Source: Mobula hypostoma
Lineage: Eukaryota
Reading direction: 5' to 3'
Length of the DNA: 64,000 bases
Assembly: GCF_963921235.1 (NCBI RefSeq)
Contig: NC_086108.1
Location: 107,944,001-108,008,000, forward strand
Shown: positions 52,080-64,000 of the stretch, piece by piece
How positions within the stretch are numbered: the first letter of the stretch is position 1
Layout of the letters: every line of letters begins with the position of its first letter
Made by a program: the position numbers and the translations under genes
Notes under the pieces: generated by a model
The model's input: the letters and a program-made list of their open reading frames with translations, nothing else
Told to the model about the DNA's origin: nothing
Databases searched by the model: none

Positions 52080-52266
52080 ATGTCAAGTGTTGCACCTGCC
52101 CCTAAAGCTCCTCGCTTAGTACCATTCAGGCCCCAAACTGTACTTCCAGGTGAGGTTCCACTTCATCTGCAAGTCTATCTGTGTTATCTATTGTATCCAG
52201 TGGTTCTGGTGCGGCCTCCTTTACTTCAGTGAGACCTGACGTAGATTGGAAGATTGCTTCATGGAG
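52080..52266 (+). mobile_element. Penelope GIY-YIG endonuclease pseudogenic fragment
   Basis: Frame from 52141: YFQVRFHFICKSICVIYCIQWFWCGLLYFSET*RRLEDCFME, matching the VIYCI-x-C-x-x-CGLLYIGET-x-RRL pattern. Confidence 0.8.
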
Positions 52267-52400
52267 AAATATTTCCAATAGTGGGGCAGTCTAGGACCGG
52301 AGGGCGCAGTGTCAGAGTACAAGGACGTCCCTTTAGAACTGAGAAGAGGAGGAATTTCTTTAGCCAGAGGGCAGTGAATCTATGAAATTCATAGGCTATC

Positions 52401-52691
52401 GCGTGGCCAAGTGATTAAGATGTCGGTCTAGTGATCTGAAGGTCGCTAGTTCGAGCCTCAGCTGAGGCAGCGTGTTGTGTCCTTGACCTTAACCACACAT
52501 TGCTCTGCGACAACACCGGTGCCAAGCTGTATCGGCCCTGGTGCCCTTCCCTTGGACAACATCGGTGTCGTGGAGAGGGAAGACTTGCAGCATGGGCAAC
52601 CACCAGTCTTCCATACAACCTTGCCCAGACCTGCACCCTGGAAACCTTCCGAGGCGCAAATCTATGGTCTCACGAGACTAACGGATGCCTA
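52401..52691 (+). mobile_element. tRNA-derived SINE (family A) nested in CR1
   Basis: Colinear with 44406-44712; CR1 sequence on both sides. Confidence 0.88.
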
Positions 52692-53171
52692 TATTCAAAG
52701 TGGAGGTTGATAAATTCTTGATTAGTACGGGTGTCAAAGGTTACAGGGAAAAGGCAAGAGAATGGAGTTAAGAGGGATAATAAATCACCCATGATGGAAT
52801 GGCAGAGCAGACTCAATGGTCTGATAGGCTTAATTCTGCTCCTATATCTTTATGCTTGTCCATTGTCTGTCAGTTGGAGTTAACCTTGTGACGGGGTTTT
52901 GGGTGAAATCATCTTCATGTTGCAGTGGAGAAGTACATTTCACAATCCATGCAACCGAAAACAAATTTTCACCATGGCTGTCTTCTCTCCCAGAACCAGA
53001 CAAACTCTTTGGGCATGTGGCAAGCAAGTATGTAGGTGGCCTGGTAGTGTAGCAGTTAGCACAACACTTTACAGCACCAGCAATCTGCGATCTTCTTCAG
53101 TTCCCATTGCTGTCAGTCTCCCCATGACTGTTGATTTCCTCCAGGTGCTCCGGTTTCCTCTCAACTTCCAA

Positions 53172-54208
53172 AGATGTACAGAATAGTGTCAGTGAGTTGT
53201 GAGCACGCTACGTTGGAGATGTACGGATTAGTGGCAGTGAGTTGTGAGCACGCTACGTTGGAGATGTACGGATTAGTGCCAGTCAGTTGTGAGCACGCTA
53301 CGTTGGAGATGTACGGATTAGTGCTAGTGAGTTGTAAGCAGGCTACGTTGGAGATGTACGGATTAGTGGCAGTGAGTTGTGAGCACGCTACGTTGGAGAT
53401 GTACGGATTAGTGGCAGTGAGTTGTGAGCACGCTACGTTGGAGATGTACGGATTAGTGCCAGTGAGTTGTGAGCACGCTACGTTGGAGATGTACGGATTA
53501 GTGCCAGTGAGTTGTGAGCACGCTACGTTGGAGGTGTACGGATTAGTGCCAGTGAGTTGTGAGCACGCTACGTTGGAGGTGTACGGATTAGTGCCAGTGA
53601 GTTGTGAGCACGCTACGTTGGAGGTGTACGGATTAGTGCCAGTGAGTTGTGAGCATGCTACGTTGGAGGTGTACGGATTAGTGCCAGTGAGTTGTGAGCA
53701 TGCTACGTTGGAGATGTACGGATTAGTGCCAGTGAGTTGTGAGCACGCTACGTTGGAGGTGTACGGATTAGTGCCAGTGAGTTGTGAGCACGCTACGTTG
53801 GAGATGTACGGATTAGTGCCAGTGAGTTGTGAGCACGCTACGTTGGAGGTGTACGGATTAGTGCCAGTGAGTTGTGAGCACGCTACGTTGGAGGTGTACG
53901 GATTAGTGCCAGTGAGTTGTGAGCATGCTACGTTGGAGATGTATGGATTAGTGCCAGTGAGTTGTGAGCACGCTACGTTGGAGATGTACGGATTAGTGCC
54001 AGTGAGTTGTGAGCATGCTACGTTGGAGATGTATGGATTAGTGCCAGTGAGTTGTGAGCACGCTACGTTGGAGGTGTACGGATTAGTGCCAGTGAGTTGT
54101 GAGCATGCTACGTTGGAGATGTATGGATTAGTGTCAGTGAGTTGTGAGCACGCTACGTTGGAGGTGTACGGATTAGTGTCAGTGAATTGTGAGCACGCTA
54201 TGTTGGAG
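53172..54208. repeat. 45-bp minisatellite, ~23 copies, inside a V-SINE that begins at ~53035
   Basis: Unit GTGAGTTGTGAGCACGCTACGTTGGAG(A/G)TGTACGGATTAGTGCCA; it accounts for ORFs 53174..54211(+) and 53161..54345(-). Confidence 0.97.
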
Positions 54209-54243
54209 TAGGGTGGTACTTGCAGCCTGCTCCCAGAACATTC

Positions 54244-55050
54244 AAAGGTTTCAAAAGTATGTTTAATGTCAGAGAAATGTATACAATATACAACCTGAAA
54301 TTCTTTTTTTTCGCAAGCATGCACGAAAACAGAAGAGTGCCCCAAAGAATGAATGACAGTTAAATTTTAGAGCCCCAAAGTCCCCTCCAGCTCCCCCCAT
54401 CCATGCATAAGCAGCACCAAAGCAACGATCCCCCGTCCCCCACCAGGAAAAATAGCATTGGCACCCTCCACCGAGCACTCAAGCGTGCAGCAAAGCCTCA
54501 GTGAAGACAAAGACTTGCAGTACTCCAAAGACTACTCGTTCACCTGGTAATTTGACGTACCACAGGCTCTTTCTCTCCCTAATAAGGGAAAAAGAGGTGT
54601 CTCCATTTCACAACGAGAGCGGAGACATAACAAACAACTCACTGATTTACGGTGTTAAAACTCTGTTACATCGCTTCATCCAGGCTCTGTGCCCAAAGAA
54701 CTCGGGTCTCTGGGCACACAGCCAGCAGCAAGCTTGCTGCTTTCGATCTTCCGTCTCTCACGACACAGCAATTTCATGCAGCCACACTGACCTCGGGTCC
54801 AGAACCATGAAATCCCAGAACCCTGAAGGCGCGTTCGTCTTCTAGGCTGCGTCCTTGGCATATCGAATAGCGGCCAGTCGTGAGATCCTGAGAGCGGCTC
54901 CCATTCCCGCAAAGAACGAAAATCAGGGTGTAACCCCAGGTCAGGGTCTTCAAAAGAACCCTGAAAGGGAAACATAGAGATATTATAGATAGAAATAGAG
55001 CTGTTTACGAAGATGCAAGCAAAGGAGTTGCTGTTAGGCGCCATCGTCCT
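54244..55050 (-). mobile_element. Probable non-autonomous LINE-derived element
   Basis: Minus strand starts GATGGCGCC and ends with ATTAAA plus a TTTGAA(A)CC-type tail; CpG-rich, no long ORF. Confidence 0.5.
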
Positions 55051-56124
55051 CCTAAGCTCCTCCTCCCCATTCTTGTTGGGCATTGATGCAAACGATGCAT
55101 TTCACTTTATATGTTTCGGTGTGACAAATAAAATTAATCTTTGCAATGATTATGAAGGGTCCTGATGTAATGCCTCAGTCCGAAATATCAGCTTCTTATT
55201 CCTCTCCATAGATGCTACCAGACCTGTTGAGCCCTCAAGTGTTTCGTGTGTGTTACTCCGGATTTCAAGCATCTGCAGAATTGCTTGTGTTTATAATCAT
55301 TACAATGATCCTTTAAAAAATATCTCTGCATTTTTTGCACTTACCCAGATTTGTACAATGAAAGAATACTAGAAACATTTTAAAGTTATTTACTTATTGG
55401 GAATCAGCGCAGAACGGGCCATTCCAGCCCTTCGAGCTGCACTGTGCAGCTATCCCAGAATTAATCTGAGCCTAATCACAGGACAATTCACAATGATCAA
55501 TTAAGCTACTAACGGGGTTGTCTTTGGACCATGGGAAGAAACCCTTGCGCACATGGGAAGGAAAGCACAAACCTGCTCACAGAGGACACCGGGGTCGAAC
55601 ACCGAACTTCAACACCTCGAGAAGATGATAGCGTCACACTAACCACTACGCTTGTCGGATCGGGCTATGACTATCTGAAGAGCCGTCCTCAAGAACTACA
55701 CTATGTACAGGATCTCAAAAAGCAGGCCAAATAGATGGAGTGAGATGTTTCAATGAAATATCCTTCTATGTCTGCTTCTGCCTTGCTGTTGGCTTGCTTT
55801 TCCTGCTACTTGTCACTGCATCTGCTTTGATGTATGGGCACTGAAAGCTCTCCCAGGATAGGCTTTCTGCTATCAGGCTGGACACAGAGGAGTAGATTTG
55901 GCTGAGGATTCTTTGGTTGCCAGGGAGCTAGATTCACAGTGGGACAGGGCCAGCTTCACTCTTCCGCATTGGGTGACATCTCTGTTGTGAGATGATATCA
56001 CCCAGGAACTTGGCCAACTTTTTCTTTTAATTTATCTATTTGTGTGATGCAGTTAGCAGTGGCAATTTGTTCCTCATTCCTCATAGCTCCCGGAGTAGAG
56101 TGTGGATTATTGTGAATGACATAG

Positions 56125-56548
56125 AACACAATCAACAAACTCATTCGTAAGGCCAGTGATGTTGTGGGGATGGAACTGGACTCTCTGACGGTGGTGTCTG
56201 AAAAGAGGATGCTGTCCAAGTTGCATGCCGTCTTGGTCAATGTCTCCCATCCACTACATAATGTACTGGGTGGGCACAGGAGTACATTCAGCCAGAGATG
56301 CACCGAGATGCAACACAGAGCGTCATAGGAAGTCATTCCTGCCTGTGGCCATCAAACTTTACAACTCCTCCCTTGGAGGGTCAGACACCCTGAGCCAATA
56401 GGCTGGTCCTGGACTTATTTCCTGGCATAATTTACATATTACTATTTAACTATTTATGGTTCTATTACTCTTTATTATTTATGGTGCAACTGTAACGAAA
56501 ACCAATTTCCCCTGGGATCAATAAAGTATGACTATGACTATGACTATA
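56125..56548 (+). mobile_element. Rex1/Babar-like LINE 3' end with (ACTATG)n tail
   Basis: INKLIRKASDVVG...SHPLHNVL...TERHRKSFLPVAIKLYN; AATAAAGTATGACTATGACTATGACTAT. Confidence 0.85.
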
Positions 56549-56569
56549 GCTAAAGCAGGTGTCGTACAT

Positions 56570-56700
56570 GTGTCGCAGCAGCGGTGGTGTGCAGAAGAGC
56601 ATCTCTGAATGCACAACGCGTCGAACCGTGAAGTGGACAGGCTACAGCACCAGAGGACCACAAACACACACTCAGTGACCACTTTATTCGGTACAGGAGG
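56570..56700 (+). mobile_element. Fragment of the Tc1-derived MITE
   Basis: GGTGTGCAGAAGAGCATCTCTGAA...CACTCAGTGACCACTTTATTCGGTACAGGAGG. Confidence 0.8.
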
Positions 56701-57794
56701 TTCTGAGTGGAGACCAGGCAGGCCAATTTTTTTTTTTGATAAACTCTTGTTAGGAACACTTAACAAACTCTTAGATTGGCATATGGATGATAGGAAAATG
56801 GAAGGCTTTGTAGGAAGGGAGGGCTACATTGAACTCAGAGTAGGTTAAAAGGTTGGTACAACATTGTGGGCTGAAGGGCCTGTACTGTGCTGAAATCTTC
56901 TATGTTCTATATAGTAATACAGGATGGAAACAGGTCCCGTCGGGGCAGCTAAGAAGCCATCTAATCCAGTTACATTTGCCTGTGTTTGGCCCACATCCCT
57001 CTAAATATTGGGTGTATTTAAGGCAGAGGTTGATAGATTCTTGATTAGTCAGGACATGAAGGGATACGGGGAGAAGGCAGGAAACTGGGACTGACGGAGA
57101 AAATGGGTTTGCCACGGTGAAATGGTGGAGCAGACTCGTTGGGCCTAATGGCCTAATTCTGCTCCTATATCTTGTGGTCTTATGGTCTTAAGCCGTTCCT
57201 ATATATGTACCTGTCCGACAGGAAACAGTTGAGGCCAGTTCATGGGCTATATTTAGGAGGGAGTTAGATATGGCCCTTTTGGCTAAAGGGATCAGGGGAT
57301 ATGGAGAGAAGGCAGGTACAGGGTTCTGAGTTGGATGATCAGCCATGATCATACTGAATGGCGGTGCAGGCTCGAAGGGCTGAATGGCCTACTCCTGCAC
57401 CTATTTTCTATGTTTCTATGTTTCATTATTACTTTTAAACGCTATTATTGCATCCACCACTTCTACTGGCAGCTCGTAAAAAGTTTGCTCCTCAGGTCCT
57501 CTTCAGATTTCTCCCCTGTTACCGAGTTCTTGATTCTACCTCGCTGGGAGAATACCTGAGTGTATTTACTCCATCTAAGCTCACGGTTTTAGGCATCTCT
57601 GTAAGATCATCTCTGTCCCAGATGCTCCAAGGAATAAAATACTAGCCTGCCGAGCCTCCTAAAACTTAGGCCAATCGAGTACTGGCAGCATTCCTATAAA
57701 TCATCTTTCCAGCTTAATAACATCTTCCCTAGAACAGGGCAATGAAAACTGCAATACTGCTTGTGCAGCCTCATTACATCTTGTACAACTGAAA

Positions 57795-58400
57795 CAGAAT
57801 CAGGTTTAACATCACTGGCATATAACATGAAATTTGTTGTTTTTTGCAGAGTACCGCATTGAAATACATAATTTAAAAAACTATAAATTACAAGAAGAAA
57901 TGCATGTAGAAATTAATTAGTGCAAAAAGAGAACAAACTAAATAGTGAAGCAGTGTTCAATGTCCATTCAGAAATCTGATGGTGGAGGGGAAAAAGCTGT
58001 TCCTGAATCATTGACGTGTGTCTTCAGGTTCCTGTACCTCCTCCTTGACGGTAGTACTGAGAAGAGGCCATGTCTTGGTGATGGTGGTCCCTGAGGAAGG
58101 ATGCTGCCTGCCTTCTTAAGGCTTTGCCTTTTGAAGATGTCCTCAATACAGGGGACATGATGAAGCTGGCTAAGTGTATAGCTTTCTGCAGCTTTTTTCC
58201 GATCGGTGCAGTGGCCCCTCCGTACCAGGTGATGCAACCAGATAGAATGCTCTCCATTGTACAATTATAGAAATTTGCTAGAATCTTTGGTGACATACCA
58301 AGTCTCCTCACACTCCTAACGAAATTGGACTGCTGTTGTGCCTTCTTTGTAATTGCATCAATATGTTGGACCCAGGATAGATCCTCGAAGGCATTGACAA
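57795..58400 (-). mobile_element. Rex1/Babar-like LINE 3' end
   Basis: EDLSWVQHIDAITKKAQQ..FVRSVRRLGMSPKILANFYNCTMESILSGCITWYG. Confidence 0.9.
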
Positions 58401-60814
58401 ACTGCAACATAAATATCTGAACATCTACACTGTGTCTGAATGGTGAAGGCCAGCCTACCAAATGGCGTTTCCACCACCCTTTCAACCTATGATGCCACTT
58501 TCAAGGAATTCAGGAGTTCATGTTTATTTTTTCTTTTTCTTTTTTTTTTGAAAGAGAAATTGATTTAAAAATAATGCGTTTTTCTTTTACATTTGACTTC
58601 TTATTGAATTACTTGAAATTCTGCCCCTGATGTGGTGGGACTTAAACTTTAACCTATTAGAGAACCTGGGCTGGAAATTATAAGAATGAGAGGGTATTTT
58701 ATAAAAACATAAAATTATGAAAGGAATACATAAATAGGACCCAGGCGGAAATGTTGTTTCTTCTGGTAGAGGAGACTAGAACTGGGCAATATGACCTCAA
58801 GATCTGCAGACGTCAAGTCAAGTTGCTTTTATTGTCATTTCAACCATAACTGCTGGTACAGTACACAGTAAATACGAAACAACGATCTTCCAGGACCATG
58901 GTGCTACATGAAACAACACAAAACTACATTAGACTTCAGCCCTATACGGGACTACATAAAGTGCACAAAACAGTGCAAGACAGTACAATAATTAATAAAC
59001 AAGACAATAAGCACAGTAAAGGACAAATTACAATATAATAATAAATGATAGAAATGTAAATGTAAACAATGTTTTAGCAGGAATTGAGAAAGAAATGAGC
59101 AAAAAAATTGCAAAGGGAGTGGAGTGGTGTTTAGTTGAGTGTGTATCTGTGTGTGTGTAGGTTGGTGTCAGACTAGACTCTGGGAATTGAGGAGTCTAAT
59201 GGCTTGAGGTTTAGGACGGAGATGAGGAGGAACTGCTTTTCCCAGAGAGGAGTGAATCTGCGAAATTCACTGCCCAATGAAGCAGTAGAGACTGTGTCAT
59301 TAAGGCATATTTAGTTACATTCTTGCATAGCAGGGGAATTAAGGGTTATGGGGAAAAGGCTGGTAGGTGGAACTGAGTCCACAGACAGATCAGCCATGAT
59401 CTTACTCAACGGCGAAGCAGGCACCGACTCCTGCTCCTATATTGTATGTTCTTACGTTGTGGCTGCATCAGAGTTCAAAGTTCAAAGTAAACTTAGTATT
59501 AAAGTACATATATATTACCATATAAAACCTCTCGATTCATTTTCTTGTGGACATTCACAAATACAAAGAAAGACAATAGAATCAATGAAAAACCACACAC
59601 AACAGGACAGACAACCAGTAAAAGACAAAATACAAAAAGAAAAAAAATCAAAATAATAATAAATAAATAGATAAATAAGAAATAAATATCAAGAGCATAA
59701 GATGAAGAATCCTCAGCATGACATCCTCGTTTTTATATTCTAGTCCTCTCGAAATGAGTGCTGACATTGAATTTGCCTTCCTCACCACTGACTGAACCTG
59801 TAAGTTAACCTTCAGGGCTAACACCGACCCCTGCGGAAAACCACTAGTCACCATCAGCCAGCCATGGGGTATATTCTTTCTTTTTCCAATTTATTGAGCA
59901 TCATCATCGAATATTTGGCGGGGAGTTCCTGATTGTAACATCATGTCAGAGATGCCAGTGGCTTTTTCTCAGCAGCTAGCTTTAATTTGTGTACCCTGGC
60001 TCTTTATTTAGACAAAACTCCTTACAGGGCAGCCTGTGCCTCTTTTCAAACATAACATCTTGATTCAGAGATTCCCTTCCCACTTGTTATGGGCTTGGCT
60101 GGTGACTGACCACGTTTGCATGCCTGTTAGTCGCTGTTAACATGGGAGCCCTGCTGTTGGGAACAATTGCTTAATCCTCTTTCTCCTAAGTAAGAGGGTT
60201 TAGTGATTCCCTTAGCAGGGAGTGCCAGCTACACCGCGGAGAACTTGTGTCTGTTACCTTTTACAGCTGCCTGTGTTTTGCTCTTCTCCCATGTGAGTGC
60301 GAGTAGCATTTGACAGACCAGGTATACGGATCAGGAGCCACCTGTGGGACATGGAGTGGATGGCTGGAAGATGAATTCTCTCTGTTTTGATCATGAAAGG
60401 CACAGCAGAAGCCGGCTAATTGCAGCTCAGTCACCACCGGCACCAGCCTACCCGCCACCAAGGACGTATGCAGAAAGGTGCTGGGAAGAGGGCCCGTAAC
60501 ATCACGAAGGATCCCTCACACCCTGCTCATGGACGGTTTCTTCCACTCCCTTCAAGGGATGTAGCATCCAGGCCAGGTCCACTAGACTCAAAAACAGTTA
60601 CTCTCCCCAAGCAGTAAAGCTAACCCACCCCTCCACACCCCCAACCACTACTACTTTATCATTTCCTGTCAGTCATCTTGTGCCTCCTGTGCCTAGAGTT
60701 TATGGAGATTTATATATATACACATACGCATAAAATTATATTTATGGAAACAGCCTTCCTGCCTCTATGTTATCTATTCCTTTCATAATTTTGTATGTTT
60801 CTATAAGATCTCAG

Positions 60815-61375
60815 AATCAGAATTAGAATCAGGTTTATTATCACCGACACGTGATGTGAAATTTGTTAACTTAGCAGCAGCAGTTCAATGCAATACATAA
60901 TATAGAAGAGAAAAAAAAAATCAAGTATAATAATAAATAAATAAATCAATTACAGTATATGTATATTGAATAGATTAAAAAACTTGCCAAAATTAGAAAT
61001 ACTCTATATTTTAAAAAAGTGAGGTAGTGTCCAAGGGTTCAGTGTCCATTTAGGAATCGGATGGCAGAGGGGAAGAAGCTGTTCCTGAATTGCTGAGTGT
61101 GTGCCTTCTGGCTTCTGTACCTCCTACCTGATGGTGACAGTGAGAAAAGGGCATGCGCTGGGTGCTGGAGGTTCTTAATAATGGACTCTCCCTTTCTGAG
61201 ATTCCGTTCCCTAAAGGTGTCCTGGGTACTTTGTAGGCTAGTACCCAAGATGGAGCTGACTAGATTTACAACCTTCTGCAGCTTCTTTCTGTCCTGTGCA
61301 GTAGCACCACCCCGCCATACCAGACAGTGATGCAGCCTGTCAGAATGCTCTCCACAGTACATCTATAGAAGTTTT
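60815..61375 (-). mobile_element. Rex1/Babar-like LINE 3' end
   Basis: AQDRKKLQKVVNLVSSILG...HPAHALFSLSPSGRRYRSQKAHTQQFRNSFFPSAIRFLN; (ATTCTG)n tail. Confidence 0.9.
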
Positions 61376-61877
61376 CCTCTCATTCTTCAGAATTCCAGCG
61401 AGTACAGTCCCAGGCGACTCAATCTCTCCTCATATCTAACCCCCTCATCTCTGGGATCAACCTCGTGAACCTCCTCTGCACCGCCTCCAAAGCGAGAATA
61501 TCCTTCTTCAAGTAAGGAGACCAGAACTGCACACACTATTCCAGGTGCAGCATAACCTCCCTGCTCTTGATTCAATCCCTCTAGCAATAAAAGCTAACAT
61601 TTCATTTACCTTCTTGATAGCCTGCAGCACCTGCAAACCAATCTTTTGTGATTCATGCACAAGCACTCCCAAGTCCCTCTGCACCACAGCATGCTGCAAT
61701 TTTTTACCATTTAAATAATAACCTTCTCTTTCATTTTTCCCTTCAAAGTGGATGACCTCACATTTACCAACATTGTACTCCATTTGCCAGAGCCTTGCCC
61801 ATTCACTTAACCTATCTATATCTCTCGGCAGACCCTCTGTATCTTCTGCACAATTTGCTTTTCCACTCAATTTAGTA
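61376..61877 (-). mobile_element. CR1 ORF2 (post-RT) fragment
   Basis: RDIDRLSEWARLWQMEYNVGKCEVIHF...QRDLGVLVHESQK...YEERLSRLGLYSLEF. Confidence 0.92.
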
Positions 61878-62559
61878 CAGTTCCGAATTGTCTCACTGCT
61901 TACTTTGCATCAACTATCAGTGACAATAACCATTGCTTTTTGAACACAAGCACACACAGCTGATGCTATTTAAAAACTTGTCACTCTAAGCACAGTGTAG
62001 AGTCTAATGGCCACATGACATGCACGTGATTGATGCTAGTTAGAAACTGTTTGGCGACCGTCTCCTGTCCCAATGAAGGGGTATAGTGTCCCAAATAAAT
62101 GAAGGAAATCCTGACTATTTTCTTGATTTATTTTTGTTATCCCAAATAAGTGACTGCCGTGATTAACTGAAATCCATTGCATTTATTGTGTTTAGTTTTT
62201 ATTATTATTGTGTTCTTTACCTGATTGTATTTTGTGTGCCACATTGGATTATTTCATTCTCCTTTACATTTGTACACTGGAAATCTTAATCTCAAATCTC
62301 AAATCTTAAAACTTAAAGTGCACAAGCAAGGAAAGTCAGAGAAGATGCAGGTTAATTAAAGTGGAATTATGTTGAGGTTCGATTGTCAGATGCCTCGCCA
62401 GGGCCATTGTTTCCAGTCCCTCTGTGGGCCAGCCTTTACAATGTCACCTTGCCCTTTGCTGCTGCCTTTGTTCCAAAAGCAGGCACACCGTTATAACTGG
62501 AGCTCAGAGTAGTGTGACTCGAGACAGACACCTGGGATCTTCAATCGAAACTCTATTGT

Positions 62560-63090
62560 TCACGATTGTTTAATGTCATTTCCTGTACGCAAGTGTAAAG
62601 GAGAATAAAATATTTGTTACTCTGGATCTGATGCAGCACAAAAAACATAATAAAATAAGGAACACAATAATAATGATAAAACACAATAAATATAAATACA
62701 TAAGATAGCTTATATACATGATTGTATGTTCGTAAGTGACACTAAGCACAGAGTGTCTGTACATATGCTAACTGACAGGAATTGATAATGGGGGTGTGGA
62801 GGGGTGGGTTAGTGGGTGGAGGTGTTGATCAGCCTTACTGCTTGGGGAAAGTAACTGTTTTTGAGTCTGGAAGTCCTGGTGTGGATGCAGCATGGCCTCC
62901 TGCCTGATGGGAGTGGGACAAGCAGTCCATGAGCAGGGTGGGTGGGATCCTGCATGATGTTACTGGCCCTTCTCCAGCACCTTTCTGAATATACTGTATG
63001 TCCCTGATGGCGGGTAGGCTGGTGGTAGTGTTGCATTGGGCAGTTTTGACTACCCGTCGAAGAGCTTTCTTGTCCACCGCAGTGCAGGCT
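62560..63090 (-). mobile_element. Rex1/Babar-like LINE 3' end
   Basis: DKKALRRVVKTAQ...NIMQDPTHPAHGLLVPLPSGRR..IHTRTSRLKNSYFPQAVRLIN. Confidence 0.88.
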
Positions 63091-63319
63091 GTACTGCATA
63101 AGGCAGTTCTCCTTCCATTGAAGTTCCTTTGTCTCTATGTCAGTGGCCAATCTGACATTGAAACAAAGAGTAAAAGAAATTTGGGGAGGCTTTTAGTGCA
63201 GAAGCAGGCACTATGGCTCATTATTTCCTTGCTGACAGCCGCACCCATCTAATTTACCTTCATTAAATCCATAATCTCTGCAGCCCTGGTGTGAGCACAC
63301 AAAAGGAGGCTTCTCTTGC

Positions 63320-63620
63320 TGATAAAGCACAACCTCAGAATAGAAGGGCATCCCTTTAGAACAGTGATGAGGGGTAATTTCTTAAACCAGATGGTGGTAA
63401 ATCTGTGGAATTCATTGCCACAAGCAGCTATGGAGGACAAGTCATTGGGTATACGTAGAGCTGATCGTGATAGGTTTTTGAATAGTAAGGGTGTCAAAGG
63501 TTACGGGGAGAAGGCAGGAGAATGGGGTTGAGAGGGATGATAAATCAGACATGATCGAATGGCGGAACAGACTTGATGGGCCAAATGGCCTGATTCTGAT
63601 CCTATGCCTTATGGTCTTAT
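63320..63620 (+). mobile_element. CR1 LINE 3' end
   Basis: HNLRIEGHPFRTVMRGNFLNQMVVNLWNSLPQAA; (CTTATGGT)n tail. Confidence 0.88.
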
Positions 63621-64000
63621 AATCTAAAAATTCAAAATACTTGGAACATAGAGCAGTACAGTGCAGGAACAGGGTCAGTGTTGTGCTGAACTATTTAAGC
63701 TCAGTCCCTTCTCCGGTACTTGGTCCATATCCCTCCAGCCTCTGCGTATTCATAATCCTCAGTCACCTCTATCGTATCTGCTTCCACCCTTGACAGCACA
63801 TTCCAGATAACTACCATTCTATGTAAAAAGATTTGTCCTCTACATCTCATTTGTAATTTCCCCCTTTCACCTGAAAAGTTTGTCCTCTAGTTTTAGACAC
63901 TTCCATCCTGTTTTGATGTCAGATTGGTCACTGGGGTAAAAGCTACTGGCTGCCTACTCTATTCGTGCTTATCGTAATCCTACGAACTTTGATCAAGTCT

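Noticed and set aside
53172..54208. CRISPR array or genuine repeat-protein gene
   Set aside because: Head-to-tail units with no unique spacers and no cas genes, in a eukaryotic context. The ORFs result from a 45-bp stop-free unit derived from a SINE.
60268..60321. Small internal exon
   Set aside because: Acceptor- and donor-like motifs are present but are common by chance; no coding or other support.

Overview
Vertebrate genomic DNA, most likely from a cartilaginous fish (a ray or shark, inferred from the repeat families). No complete host coding exon is recognisable. The window looks like the 5' end and long first introns of an unidentified + strand gene: a CpG-island cluster at ~6.5-12 kb and ~19-20 kb, with several candidate first or 5'UTR exons ending in splice donors. 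Around it lies a dense field of decayed, often nested transposons: CR1 and Rex1/Babar-like LINE 3' ends, RTE derivatives, Penelope-like (PLE) fragments, tRNA-derived SINEs, Tc1 and hAT MITEs, and a solo LTR. Nearly all ORFs in the track are TE remnants or chance ORFs. Four signals stand out. (1) A ~260-bp TSD-flanked, bipartite RTE mini-element starts at the predicted cleavage site of a degenerate twister ribozyme. (2) About ten copies of a PLE-derived repeat carry a minimal type-I hammerhead ribozyme, some with intact cores. (3) A 45-bp x ~23 minisatellite arose inside a SINE. (4) A Tc1-derived MITE has three TIRs. All calls come from reading the sequence by eye; no searches were run.
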